Source: the human T2T-CHM13v2.0 reference genome, Homo sapiens
DNA: 64,000 nucleotides
Strand: one strand, 5' to 3'
Assembly (NCBI RefSeq): GCF_009914755.1
Contig: NC_060932.1
Position numbers and translations under genes: made by a program. The notes below the pieces were generated by a model. The model worked only from the letters and a program-made list of their open reading frames with translations, had not been told where the DNA came from and ran no database searches. How positions within the stretch are numbered: position 1 is the first letter of the stretch; the number at the start of each line of letters is the position of its first letter. This document shows positions 43,229-56,845 of the stretch, piece after piece.

Positions 43229-43582
43229 CTATATCTATATATCTCCTAAGGAAGGAATAGAGAGTTCCTTATAAGCATACTTGTTTTATATTTTATAGCA
43301 TACATATGAAGGTTTTATATATATAATCTTAGAAGAATGCTTAACACATATGGCTATATTAAGTGTAAGCATCACTATTAGTATTATTAATACCATTAGG
43401 GTTGTGGTTTTATTTGTTCTGCCATTTCTATTTCTTTCTGTAGTTTTTCTTCTTTCCTTTCTTGACTTCTTTTAGACTGATTAGTTTTCCTTATTCCAGT
43501 TTTGGGGTTCACAAATTTAGAAGTTGTTCATGCTATTTTTCATCTTCTTGATAGTTACTCCAGAAATGGAAACCTGGACACA

Positions 43583-43872
43583 TTTTTTTTGAGACAGATT
43601 CTTGTTCTGTCTGTCCCCCAGGCTGGAGTGCAGTGGTACAATCATGGCTCACTGCAGCTTCAACCTTCCAGATTCAAGTGACCCTCCAATCTTAGCCCTA
43701 TGAGTAACTGGGACTACAGGCATGAGCCACCACCCCTAATTTTTAAATTTTTTGTAGAGATGGGGTCTTGCTATGTTGTCCAGGCTGGTCTTGAACTCCT
43801 GGGCTCAAGCGATCTTCCCACCTGAGCCTCCCAAAGTGCTGGAATTGCAGGCGTGAAACATCATGCCTGGCT
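43583..43872 (-). mobile_element. AluJ
   Basis: AluJ-type atcatggctcactgcagc and ctcctgggctcaagcgatc. Confidence 0.88.
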
Positions 43873-45205
43873 GAAACTTTCATAAATAAAGCACCAAAGC
43901 CCAAGTCTAAGTCAATCAATATCCTTACCCTCCTCCTAAACCTTTGAAATTGAAATGAAAGGACCTTATCACAGTTTAATTCCAATCATCCCCTCACCAA
44001 CATTTATGTGCTATTTTGCTATATATGTTAATTCTATTATGCTGTAACTCAACAATTCACAATTATTATTACATGTACTGTAAATGTTTGTTTAGATTTA
44101 CCGACATATGTATCACTGAATTTGTTCTTCCTTCCTTCTTGCATCTCTGACATTCCATCTGCTATCAATTTCCTTCTACTTGTATTTCAAATTCCCTTTA
44201 AAGAAGTTTTGGTGGTGGAAAACTCTGCTTTTGTTTATAATAAAATGTCATTATTTTACTCATTGAAAAGTATTTTTGTTGCTCAGCACATTCTCGATAT
44301 TATTTCACTAACTCCTGGACCCCACTGTTCTTGGTGAGAAGTCAGCTGTCAATTAATTGCCACTCTTAGGGAAGTAATTTTTCTTGTCTTTCTCTTTTAA
44401 AAATCATCCCTTTGCTTTGCATCTGGTCTCCTGAAATTGTATTATGATGTGTCAACTGTGTATTTTAAATGTTATCCTACTAGGAATTTCTTTGACTTCT
44501 TGAATCTGTGGATTTTTATCCTTATGAGTTTTAAGGAGTTCTCAGTCATTGTTTCTTCAATACTGCATTTTCTCCATTTTTTTATCTTTTCCTCCAGGAA
44601 CTCCAATTAGATATATTTGAGAGTTTCTCACTTTGTCCTCCATGTTTCCTTACATTTCTTTCATATTTTCTGGTCTTTCTGGTTTCTGTTTTTAATAACA
44701 TCTTCAATTCTACCTTTCATTCACTAGTTCTGTCTTGAACGGAGTTTAATCTGCTCTTTCAGCTATTCATTAAATATTTCACATCAATTCTGTTTTCCAG
44801 TTGCAGAAGTTCTGCTTGATTCTTTTATGATATTCTAGCTCTTTACCCATTTTTATCTTTTTCATTTCTTATAACATGTTAAGCACAGTCTATGTCTGAT
44901 AAGTCCAGTATGATTCCTTTTCAACCCTGCATTTGCTGATTTTGTCTCTCCTAGCTCTCACTCATGATGCATTGCTTCCTTGTGTATTTCATGATTTTCT
45001 TTGTTTTTAAACTCTGAAATAATCATTTTCCTCATAGAAACTCTTGCAGGTTTTTGGATAAAAATGAATTCCTCCAGAAAGGATGTGTTTATTTCTTTGT
45101 CTGGTACCTGTATTATGGAGTGCTGTCTGTCTTTGAAATTAATTAACAACTTAAGGTTTGGAAGAGGCAGTTAGGGAGTGTAATTTGGGACTGCAAATTC
45201 ATGGG

Positions 45206-45253
45206 AGGGTCAATATGGAATCAAAGGGTCAAGATGGAATCAAAGGGTCAAGA
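45206..45253. repeat. 19-bp tandem repeat, about 2.5 copies
   Basis: agggtcaa(t/g)atggaatcaa repeated. Confidence 0.85.
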
Positions 45254-48200
45254 CAGGGAAGTGTTATATCTACTCTCCTAGTAGGGTGGGAAGAGGATTA
45301 TTTTTAGTTCATCCTTTACTAAAGGTGTAATCTTTAGGCTCTCAAATTGATGCGGAGCAGTCATCTATTCGATTCCCCAGCCAGTGGGCCCTGAGCTTTG
45401 TCATCTTTCCTCCAGTTTTGGAAGGCTGAAGACATTGATACTCCAGCTTTGGCAAAACCCCTCAAAGTGGAAGTTGGCATCAGTGCACAGCTCACCTCCC
45501 AGGACTTTGCCTACACACAGGTACTGGGGTGAATATTTCTGACTCTCCTGCCGGGTCATGGATGCACTTACAAATGTGTTTTCAGTAAGAGGCTTAGCCT
45601 AGACCCTTAGTCTAGATCTCTAGCCCTTCATGTTGAAAGCCTTTTTTGATCAAAATTTATTGTGTCTTAAGACATTGCTTGAGGCCCCAAGAGCCATGTG
45701 GTCACATACATCTCTCTCTCTTCCCTGCTTACTGGGATCAGAAATACCTCTTAACAAGTCATCATTGACAATTTCTTGGCTGGTAGGCTCAGAAGCCCCA
45801 AATGATGCTTACATGTTTTGAAACCATCTACAGGTCCGGACTTTGCTTGAATACTTCTATTGACAAAGAGCTCACTCCATCAGCATTTCCTGTCCCATTT
45901 CAGCACCTGTGTTAGAAAGTTCTTCCTTACATGCTTCATGTTACCTAATACATTAAGCCATGCAGGGGACTAACGGAGCATAGCAATGTGGCCTGTTAAG
46001 GGTTCCAGGAGAAGAATGGAATTTCAGGCACATGGCACAGGATATTTCAGGCACAGGACATGTGGATGGAATTAAAAAGAACAGCAATGGGAAGGCTAGG
46101 AGAAGGGACCCAGTATTTATTAAGAAGTTGCTATCATGTGCTAAAAAAAAATCTAGGAGGTTAAATCAAATAAACTGATATGAAAGTGTCCATGAAATAA
46201 GTATTTTTATCTCTATTTATTCAGATGAAAAAAAATCAAGGCTTAATTTAAGTAACTTGTCCAAGGTCAAGGAGTTGACAAGTGGCTGAGCTGGAGTTCA
46301 GCATCTCAGACATCTTCCTTTGAATCCTTGCCTTCCTTGTGAATTTCAGATGACGGAGCATGACGGCTGCATGATTATGGGGTCACCGGGCCTGTCCTGG
46401 CCCTGAGGGACCAAGGATCAGAAGGGCAGAACCAACTCGCTCAGCTAGTGAAGTGCAATGGACATGATCTGTTCCTGGCTTACCCTCCGCTGGCCTTCAG
46501 GAGGTTTCTGAATGCACCAGGGGCCTAGAGAAGCAGCAACTGCTGGACTGTATTGCCAGGTAGCCAGTAGCGTGGGGCCCTGGAAGAGGCTGGAGGATAC
46601 TGCGCTGTCACTGAGACACCTGCCCCAGGTCCTCCATCTCAGCCACTGCCCACAAACACAGCTCCACAGCCAGAAAGACCCAGCCACAGAAATGCCAGCA
46701 AACAACACCCCTGGCTCCCCACATCCCACGGTAAAGCTCCAAACGCTTGGAGCACACACAAGGCCTGACTCCAGGTCACCTTCTCTACTGGGACAGAAAG
46801 GGTGCCCTGGGGGTGGGGAAGGGCCTGGGGCTGGCAGAGCCAGGCTGTATTTGGGTCATTTTCCAGGAGGCCTGGGTTATTTCTAACACCCCCTCCTCCA
46901 AGAAGACAACTTTGCCTCCTGCCCCTTGAGGTTCTTCCTTCTTGTGGCATCCAGCATTTTCTCTGGTAACTGTTGTGGGTATTTTTTGCAGTTTGGGAAA
47001 CTAAAAAATATAGAAAACTGCAAGAAATAATTACAGTCACCAATATGCTTGCCACTCAGAATCAAACACTGCCAGAGTTTTCCATATTGGCTTTTCTAGG
47101 CTTCTATATGCATCTATATCTAATCTGGATCTGTGGCTGGATCTATATCTGTAGCTATGTGTGTACCTGTATCTTGATCTATTGTGCTTTTGAAAGGAAA
47201 GTACGTACTCAAGTCCCCGGTGACCAGCACCCTCATGCTGACATCAGATGTCAAATGCAACTCCAGTTCAGGTCACTCTTCTACAGGGGATGTGTATCCT
47301 TTCTACCTTTTAAACATGTTGTTATAGACACGTTCTGAGGCATAGAAAATTTATAATTTGGGGGGACATTGTCTACACAAGTGAGGTTGGGCTGAGCCCA
47401 TCATCCTGCAATGTGTTGTTTCATTCAATGGCGTATTTTTGGGCTCTGTTGAGGTTGACACACATGGATGCTGTTTGTTCCATTCAGAAACAGCCCAGGT
47501 GGCCAGGCCCTCAACTACGCTGAGGCATCCTGAACGGAAGGGCTGAAGAGACCGCCCTGGGGTCTCCACCCCCTACTGCAGCCAGACCTTCTGGGGCTGC
47601 CTTCCCTGGGGAGCCTCGAGCAGATGCTGAATGAGCTCCAGGAACTGAGGGCCACTGGACACCCGCCCCCACATGCCCCCAGCCCACACCACATCACAGT
47701 GTGCTCCCATCATTCACTGAGCGACAACAGGAGGCCACAGATGGAACAAAAAATTTGTTCCTTAGGCCGGAGGCCACAGGGTGACCTTGCTCCCAGCGAG
47801 GGAGGTTTGGGCCTGGGACTTCAGGTCCTCAGGAAGTTCCCTCAGCCCCGCAGGCCTCCTGATGCCAACATGACTCTGCCCCATGGGAGGCCAGGGCAGC
47901 CACTTCCTGGCTCTGCCTGTTTGGCCAACTGGCCTTTAGGAAGCCCCGCTCTCTGTCCCCCAATACTCCATGGGAGTTTCAGTGCCCAACGGGCACCTGA
48001 CGAGCCTGGTATCTGCTGGGGACCAAGGGCTGTTTATCCTCCCTGGGACCTGGGGAGCTAAGGGTCAACACAGCCAGAAGCCTGCCCCCAGAACAGGACT
48101 CTTGTGGGTAGTGTAGACACACCCCAGCTCTGGCCCTCAAGGGAGATGTGAGCCGTGTGCTTTCTCTCTCCGGTCCTCCCTGAGGAACGCAGGGCCAGCT

Positions 48201-48459
48201 GCCCACTGTGGCGGCAGCTCGGGCCCAGTCACACTCCTTCACTGGTGATCTCCCTCCCCTGCAGGCCTCCTTCCACCTCCCAGACAAGCTGCTGGTGACC
48301 AGATTCCTGTCTCAGCGTTTGCTTATGTGAGATCTCTAACTCAGAACCCGTCCCTTCCTGGGTCCGGCTTCTGCTGGGAAGCCAGCCACCTGAGGTGGGG
48401 GCTGACGGGCTGGGTGGGGGCCCCGGACTGCACTGGGCTAGCAGATGCAGGGAGGCAGG

Positions 48460-49177
48460 GAGGGGGAGGCAGGCCATTTATTGAAGAACTGCTTGCAGAC
48501 ATGGACACACACAGCCATGGTAACCAGACGCCACCCTGGGGCCAGGGAGCACCCAGAAACAGCCCTGGGCTGCCAGCCCAGGCCTGGACATTTGCCCACC
48601 ACGGGTGGAGGGCCTCTCTTGGCATCAACCATCCACGACCTCCTACGGCACCATCTCTCCTGCCAAGTTGCCCATGGGGGTCTCCAGGAAGAAAACCAGC
48701 CTTGGGGGATTCCAAGGCCCAGGGAGGGTGGGAAGCTGCCCACGCCCTCAGGCTGTGCCCAGTCTCATGCTCACCATTTCTTTCTATGGCCAAAGGGAAG
48801 TCGCTGGACGAGGGAGGTCCCTCTGCTGGGATGAGCAGCACAGCACGGCTGGGGCCCCAGGTCACAGAAATGGGTGCAGGGATCCTGGGACCTGGGCTGG
48901 ATGGGCACCCGCTTTGGGATTTCCTCTGCTTCAGCCTGTGTATGGTCCAGGGAACAGTGTAGGAAGGGGCGTGGCATGGGGTGGGGCTGCCATGTCCGGG
49001 GCTTCTGCGTAGCCCAGCAAAGATGCTACAGGAGGAACAGGAGGAGAGGGCTGGGAGGGGTCTGGGGGAGGAGGAGGAGATGGGGCTGCAGTGAAGGCCT
49101 TGCTCATTGCAGGGGGTGTGGGAGGCCAGGCAGGGTCACCTCTGGCCCTGCAGAAAGAGGGACGGAAGTAGGCGGGC
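48460..49177 (-). other. TRAPPC9: TRAPPC9 3' UTR (to the proximal polyA site)
   Basis: Lies between the stop codon and the first downstream AATAAA. The 3' end is approximate. Confidence 0.75.
48477..48482 (-). terminator. Polyadenylation signal AATAAA (TRAPPC9 proximal)
   Basis: TTTATT on the + strand, about 700 nt past the stop codon. Confidence 0.75.
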
Positions 49178-49369
<192 letters not shown>

Positions 49370-49990
49370 TCAGTCTGGTCAGCAGCAGGGGCCACCCAAA
49401 GCCACCAGGAATCCTGGGAATCTGCCTGGACATAGGTGTTATGGGGGAAGCGAGGGCCGCCCAGGCCTGGCTCCAGTGCCCCCTCCAGCAGGTCACTGCG
49501 CCTCTCCGAGCCAGTTTTCATCTTGGAAAGGAGCTGCCAATATTCCCATTCCTGAATTGTTTGGGGGCTCAGGGGGTCAGGAGTGTGGGAGGGTCAGGAG
49601 TGTGGGAGGGAGTGAGGGAGAGGTTGGGGCAGAGGGGAATGGAATGTTAGCCTGTGCTGGGGCCTGACAGTGAGGTGCTGAGAGGCAGCTTGAGAGGTAG
49701 GAGGTGGGAGGTGGGGGCTGAGGGCGTAGGGCTGGAGCCTTTCCGTGGAAGGAGCGGCAGGCACGGGATGGGTGACAGTGACATCACAGTGATGCCACAG
49801 CAGGGTCCAATCATGGAGCAGCCCCCTGTCCTGGGCACAGCTCCCATTCCCTGCACATTTTCCTGCTTCACCAACCCTGAGGGCCTCACTGTCCAGGACT
49901 GAGAGACAGGTGAGCTTGTCTAAGTTCCTGCAGTGAATGGGGCAGACTCAGACTCAGTGTGCACACGTGACCACAGAACCCCTGCTGCTA

Positions 49991-50374
<384 letters not shown>

Positions 50375-51159
50375 CTACCCCACCCACTCGCTGATTCATT
50401 CATTTCTTCCCTCCTTCACTCTTCAAGGCTGCCACCCACTCCCTGCCAGGCTGGACACTGGGGACACAGATGTGTGACCAGTTCCTGGTCTCCGGAAGAG
50501 GAACCTGGCAAAGACGGGTGTGGTGGCTAGAGCTATGACTCAAGGGGTCTGCACCCCAATGGAGGGGCCTCTGGGAGGGCCTCCTGCCACAGCCCACCTA
50601 GAAGGGGAGGAGCTCTCTAGTGAGTCAGGGACTCCTGTCCAGGTGAGAGTCTGACACCGTAGAGGCGAGGGCGTGGAAGGGGCCCTACAGGCCCTAAAGT
50701 GCCGCAGGTCAGGGGTCAGGTGAGCTTTGGGGCACAGGCAGGCCCGAGGTCCCTCTCCTCCAGTGGCTGCAAGACCACACACCCCAGGAGGTGGTGTCTT
50801 GATCTCGTTCCCCAGGAGGAATGCACAGTGGGCTCCAGCACTCCCTATAAAGTGGCTGCACTGTGTTTTCTTCATTCTGTCAGCCTGTCCAGGGTGCCTG
50901 ACACACAGCTCAGCACAGAACAGGTGCTCAGGGAAGTGGCACGGTTCTGGGACCCGTGGACCCTGCCAGGCAGGGAGCTGGTCCTGGGCGAAGGAGCATG
51001 GATTCATCTCCTCTTCCCTTCCTTGCTTACATGCCCCAAGAGCTTGCAGACAAGGAGGACGCCTCCTAACTGGGCAGCAGCAAGGAAGGAGGCTGAGGTC
51101 AGGGTGGGGTGGGGGCGGAGAGAGTGTGCCCTCTCTCAGGGAAGCGAGCTGATGATCAG

Positions 51160-51560
51160 GGTGGCAGGTTTCATGGTGATCCCCAAAAGATACGTGAGAA
51201 TGTGACCGTATTGGGGAAGGGGAGTCTTTGAAGATGTAATTAAGTGAAAGGTCCCGATAGGAGCTCATTCTGGATTAGAGTGAGCCCTGTAGTGAGTGAC
51301 AATGTCCTTATATGGGGCAGAAGAGGAGGAAGCACAGACAGAGACAGAGGCTGAGACTAGAGGATACGGGCAGGAGCCAAGGAGCCCTGGGTGGCTGGAG
51401 CCCCTAGGAACTGAAGGAGGGAAGAATAAGCCCCCAGAACCTCCCATGGTCCTGCAGCACCTTGGTCTCAGCCTTCCTGCCTCCAGAACTGAGAACACAC
51501 ATCTGTTGTTCAAGTACCCAGTTTGTGGTCGTTCGCTGTGGCAGCCCTAGCAGGCTAAGA
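51160..51560 (+). mobile_element. MLT1-type LTR
   Basis: atggtgatccccaaaagatacgtgagaatgtgaccgtattg...gcctccagaactgagaac...gcagccctagcaggctaa. Confidence 0.75.
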
Positions 51561-54364
51561 TGTGGGGTGGGGGGCCCTTCCTGCTGGGCAAAGGCCACCT
51601 GCTGTGGCCCTGTTGTGGAGGTCCTGGAAGTGGGAGGTCCCGCAGCCTGCAATTTGACTTCATGTCATCCAAGTACAAACTGCGTGGCCCTGGGAGCCAG
51701 CCTGAGCCCCATGGTCTGCCGTGGCTGATCCTGTGCTGTGGGCTATCAAGGCAGGCAGGTGGAATAAGGATGACATGATGGTGACACGCATAGGGAGAGC
51801 AGGTGGGCCACAAGAGCACTCCCACCCCTTCTGCCCCTTAACACAGTCACGGGCATCCTGGGCCGGGCCTGGTGCCAGCACCCTGCAGCGGAGGATCCTG
51901 GAAACACCCTGACCCACAGCCCTCTGCCCTTGACCTCTGTTCTGTGGCTGCAAGGAGGGCCCTGTGGGGTGTCCTCACTGCAGCCTGGAGAGGAAGGTCC
52001 TCTAAGGACTGGCCTGCCTGGCTCACACGGTCAGGCCAGAGCAGGCAACTTCAGGTGTGGTTGGGCCTCCTGCTGTCCTGCCTGGGTTCCACTGCCCTCA
52101 CACGCAGGTGAGGAGGAAAGCACCTTCTAAGACCCCAAGCCACTCTTTCGACCCCTGAAGAGGATGGGGGCAGAGGGGACAGGATATTGAAAGTCCCCAC
52201 ACCCAATTCCCAGCGAGTCCTGGCTCAGAGCCTCTAGGCCTGTCTCCTCTGCCATCCAGGGTCCTGGGTTCACAGGGAGGCTGTGGGGGCCTGGCAGGCA
52301 GCAGAGGATCTCGTGGCCAAGGCACAAGAAGAAGGACTCCTGGGACATCAGTGCTCTCCATAGCCCGTGTGCCAGAGAGGTTTAAGGGTACGCAATTCTG
52401 AAACATTCATGTCCAGTGCGTCCTTATTTTCTCATTTGAGAGAAGTCAGTGCGTGGCTTATGATAAGGAGATGAGGACATGGCCTGTGCTATTAGGGAGC
52501 CACCTGAATGTGGCTCGTGTCCACTGTTTTCCAGTGTAAGTGACTGATGCACACCTTTTTATATTGAGCTCTGTCTGAATTCTGAGTTTATGTTCCTGGA
52601 ACAGTGAGGCAGATGAAATGGGTGGCACAAGAGAAATAAACATTTCTAAGAGAGGCTGATAGGTCAGACTGCCCTCCAGGAAGGCTGGAGGCCTGTGCCC
52701 ATTCCCCATCCTCAGGGCTGGAGCTGAAAGGGGCTGCAGAAACCATTTGGTCCCATTCATTCATTCCAAGATTTATTAGCTGGCTGCTGGCCCTTGCAGC
52801 CAGTGTGATGAGCATGACCCACTGTTGAGCAAGCTCACAATCCAGTGGGAGAAGGAACGCTCAGCCAAGAGCTGGGGCATGCCAAGCCTCTGCATGACAC
52901 AGCACTCAACAGGTGCCCACTATAGGGCCCAGGGAAGTAGCCCTTCACTCTGTGCCACTGTGGGGATGGCATCAGGGAAGGCTTCCTGGAGGAAAGGACA
53001 CCTTTCTCTATTCTAGTGTTTTTCAAGGCTATGATTTGCCCTCAAATCCCAGCTTTTGCTGCATCCTACACTTCTGGATGTGCAGGGCCACCTGCACTGA
53101 GTCTGACCAGGCTGGGATAAACCTGGGGGTCCTGAGGCCCTGCTCACTGGGCTATGTATAGTGCCCCTGAGTACTTCCAGCAGTGCCTGATGTGCAGCAG
53201 ACAGCATCAAGACGGGCTCTTTGTTCTCCCAGCTGGTCTGTCCTGCTGAGTCCAGAAGGTAGGACCAGAAGGACCTGAGCTTGAGCGCTTCTATCTATGG
53301 GACCCCAGGGTATGTCACTACACCTCCTGGGCCTCCGTTTCCTCTTCTGTAACATGGAGCCAATTCTAATGCTAACAGTTGTGACAAGTTCATATTCTTG
53401 CTGTGAGGAGCTCAGTCACAGCACGTCCCAGTACCCATGAGCATTTGAGGGACTTTGTCTTGAGGCCCAGTGCTGTTGGGGCAGCGGCTTTCGTCTCCAG
53501 CCTTGGTTACCTGTCTGTGCTGTGCAACCCAGCACAGGGAGGCTCCAATCCATCACCAGCCCTTCTCCCTCCTCTACCTCTGTGCCACCCAAGCCAGGCC
53601 TCAGTAAATGTTTCTTGAACAGTGAACCGAACCAGGCGCGGTCTGAGCCTCTTGAATAAAAGGTGGGGAGATGGAGAGAGCAGATGGGGCAGCCTGGTTG
53701 CTGGTTCCATTAAGGGAAAGATACGATTATGTGCAAATCAGTGAAGGGTAGTTGGCTCAGTACCACCCTGCCCTGTTTTTTTTTTTTGTTTTGTTTTGTT
53801 TTTTTGCAGAGAACTGTGTGGGCTGCTGGGGCAGCAGAGGACTGGTCTGTGGGCTCCTGGGCAGAGCCACGCTGGCCTGCCTGTTTAACCCTTCCTAGCC
53901 CCAGCTCTGTACAACCCCTTGGGAAGAGAAAGCTGATGAAGGCTTGGAGCCAGCTGTCCCTGTGAACACTGCTGGTGGAACCTTTCTTTGCTACTTTCTA
54001 AGAAGAGGGGAAGGAATGTGTGGCACTTAGGTGTGAGGCCAGGGTGGTAGGGGTTGGCAGGGGTTGTGGGCAGAGCCACACCCTGTCGGAGCAGGAGGCC
54101 AGGCTGCAGTCCCAACTTTGCCTCTGACTTCCCTTCACCCTGGGAAAGGCCGTTTGACAACTGGTGCCCCCTCCATCTCATCTATGAAACTGGGATGATG
54201 ATCTTGACCTCCCAGACTGGGGGCAGGGGTGAAGAGCAGAGAGGACCCAGCCAGAGCGAGCACTCCTGCCACAGGCTCTCCTGTGTGGCCAGCATTGCAG
54301 AAGGAGGGCAGTGCTCTGGAATGGCAGGCAGCACCTGTCTTGCTCTCTGCTCTGTCCCTGCTCC

Positions 54365-54467
54365 CAGGGTGACCAACTATCCCAGTTTGCCCAGGGCTAG
54401 TTTGGCTTTTAGCCTGCATTGCAGGAAACCCTCAGTGCCAGGCAAACTGGGACGGTGGGTCACATTA
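54365..54467. mobile_element. MER81-like hAT-Blackjack MITE
   Basis: Terminal inverted repeats GTGACCAACTATCCCAGTTTGCC / GGCAAACTGGGACGGTGGGTCAC (20/23 complementary). Confidence 0.8.
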
Positions 54468-56439
54468 CCCCGAGGCCTGGCATCCACAATGACTGCCGAC
54501 CAAATTAATGCATTTCTGTGCTCAGCAAGCAGCCGTTTCCTTCCTTGCTCCACAGCTGGGGCAGCCCCTACAGCTCCGGCAGCTCAGATCCAGGCATACA
54601 GGCACCAAATCCCCTGACGCTGACTCTTCCCCATGACACAGAGGAAAAGCAAAGCTTCCTATGACGGGGCAGAGCAGAGGTCTGTTTTTGTCCGAGAGCA
54701 TTAAGCTTCCTGAATTCAAAAGGATGCCCTGGTCTCCCCTGGGACCCCCAGGGTACAGCTGAGGAAATGTGGTGGAAACGGGTCTAATGACCGTGATGAT
54801 GATGGCGGCGATGCTCGCAGCTGCCTTGCAATGAGAACATGTGACCGCATGGCAGGGCTGGGCCCGGGTAGGATTCGTGACCCCGTCAGCCGCAACACCG
54901 GCCACATCCATTGTTGCCAATTCGCTTCTCTGACTCTGGGCCCGAACAAGCGGTGTCCAGTCCTGGGGGATCAGAGGAAATGGGCTCATTTCTGCAGGGC
55001 CCCACTCTCCACAGCCACCCTGCTGAGCAGGGCTGCAAGGAGCATATAAGAGGAGAGAAGAGAAGCCAGGGCCACCGTCCATTACAAGATGGCTTCCCCG
55101 ACTCCAACCAGGACGGACCTGGGATAAATAATGGGAAAAATTTCTCAAAGACAAGCTGCTTTGGAGCAGTTTCTAAACTGCCGCTGGGGGACAGGAAGGA
55201 ACCACACGTGAAAGCGCGGGTGCTGCTGGGAGCTCACCCCGTCTGTGGCCCGCGCAGGGGCTGGCTCTACTCCTGGCTCCCCCAGCATTCGGCTTCTATC
55301 GGCGCTCCCCAGGCAGGCCCTGAGGGACAGAGCGGGCAGCCCAGGGGCCACGCAGCCTGCCTGTCAGCTTCAGCTGGGAAGAGTGGGTGCCTCCTGGGGG
55401 ACCCGCTGCTCAATCACAAGGTGAGCCCTAGAACCGGGACCCAGTTCTGTGACCGCAGCAGCCCGGCCGGCTGGTCCCCAGGAGGTGGGCAGGGATGCCA
55501 GCGCATGTGTCCCCTCCCTCGGCCGCTCCTCACCACCCCGCAGAGCACCTTCCCACAGCCTTCAGGCGGGGGTCATCAGCCCTCCCCCCCCCCCCCCCCC
55601 CCACGGAAAACCCTGAGTCTGGTGTCTGGGTGTGTAGGGTCCAGTTTTCTCCCACTGTTCTCTGGGGCTGGCCCCCGTCGGGCTTCCTGCCACCCTCCAT
55701 TTCCTGGTCCACCAAATGAGCCGCCTCTTGGCAGGACTGGCTCCTCCTTCCCTCTCCCAGGCGGGATGGGGCGGGATTTGCACAGCTGCTTGTCGAGGAG
55801 CTGTTAGCAGCACAGGCCCAGGCTCCTGATTGGCTGGAGAACGGACTGTCTTGGGTTTGAGTTACTTCTCTGTGAATCTCCACCTCTCTGACGCCCCAGT
55901 CTTTAGGTGGGGTAGAAGGAGACCAAGTCAAGTGGGGTTTTGTTAGGGGCCGCTTGATCCTAACCACCATGGCTCCCAACCTTCCCTGAGGAGGGGAGGA
56001 TCTGCAGGAGCAGCGGAGGAGAACTAGGACGGGGATGCTTTGCATTTCGACATCTTCTCCAGGGCCCTTCCTCTCCCGCGGGCTGGCTGTGAACACTGAT
56101 GAAGCTCTGTGCCGGATGCAATTGAGAGGATGGACGCAGCAGGGGCAGGTCCTTCCAGCTTCTCCCAAGCCAGGTGCCAGGCAGGCAGTTTCAGCCCACT
56201 CTGACCACGAGGGAGGCAGACCCAGGGCCTCTGGGGATGTTGGGTCCCCTTAGGCCTTTTTGCCTGGACCTCGAATGCCCTATCCCAGGGAAGCAGCAGC
56301 CTAGGGAGGGGAAGGGGCTCCTGTGCCCACGGCAGCCCGTGGTAGGGGGGTCATGAGCTGAGAGACAGAATGACTAAAGGTCGAAACATGCCTAGCAAAG
56401 CCTCCTGAATCCCCAGGACTTCCTTCGCAACAGAAGGGG

Positions 56440-56845
56440 TCATGTGGTTGACAAAATAATGTGCCCCCTCCACTTGCCCATGTCCCAGTCCCGGGAGCCT
56501 GTATGTCCTCTCCCATGGCAGAAGGAGCTTAGCAGATGTGATGAAACGGAGGTCCTGGAGAAAGGGAGAAGACCCTGGGCCATCGGAGTAGGCCCAATGG
56601 CGTCAGGAGAGTCCTTACAAGGCAAGAAGGGAGGCAGGAGAGGGGCACACTTCGCTGCTGGCTATGAAGACGGGGGAAGGCGCACAGGGTGCAGGCACCC
56701 CAGGAGCTGGAGAATGCCAGCCCAGGGAGGAAGGTAGCCCGCAACACCGATCAGACTCTGGACCCCAGAACCACACGGCGGGGTTATGTGCTGTTTAAGC
56801 CACTAACCTTGTGGTCACTTGTGAGAGCAGCTGGTGAGCCCAACA
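56440..56845 (+). mobile_element. MLT1D-like LTR
   Basis: tgtggttgacaaaataatgtgccccc...catggcagaaggagcttagcagatgtgat...gctgtttaagccactaaccttgtggtcacttgt. Confidence 0.75.
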
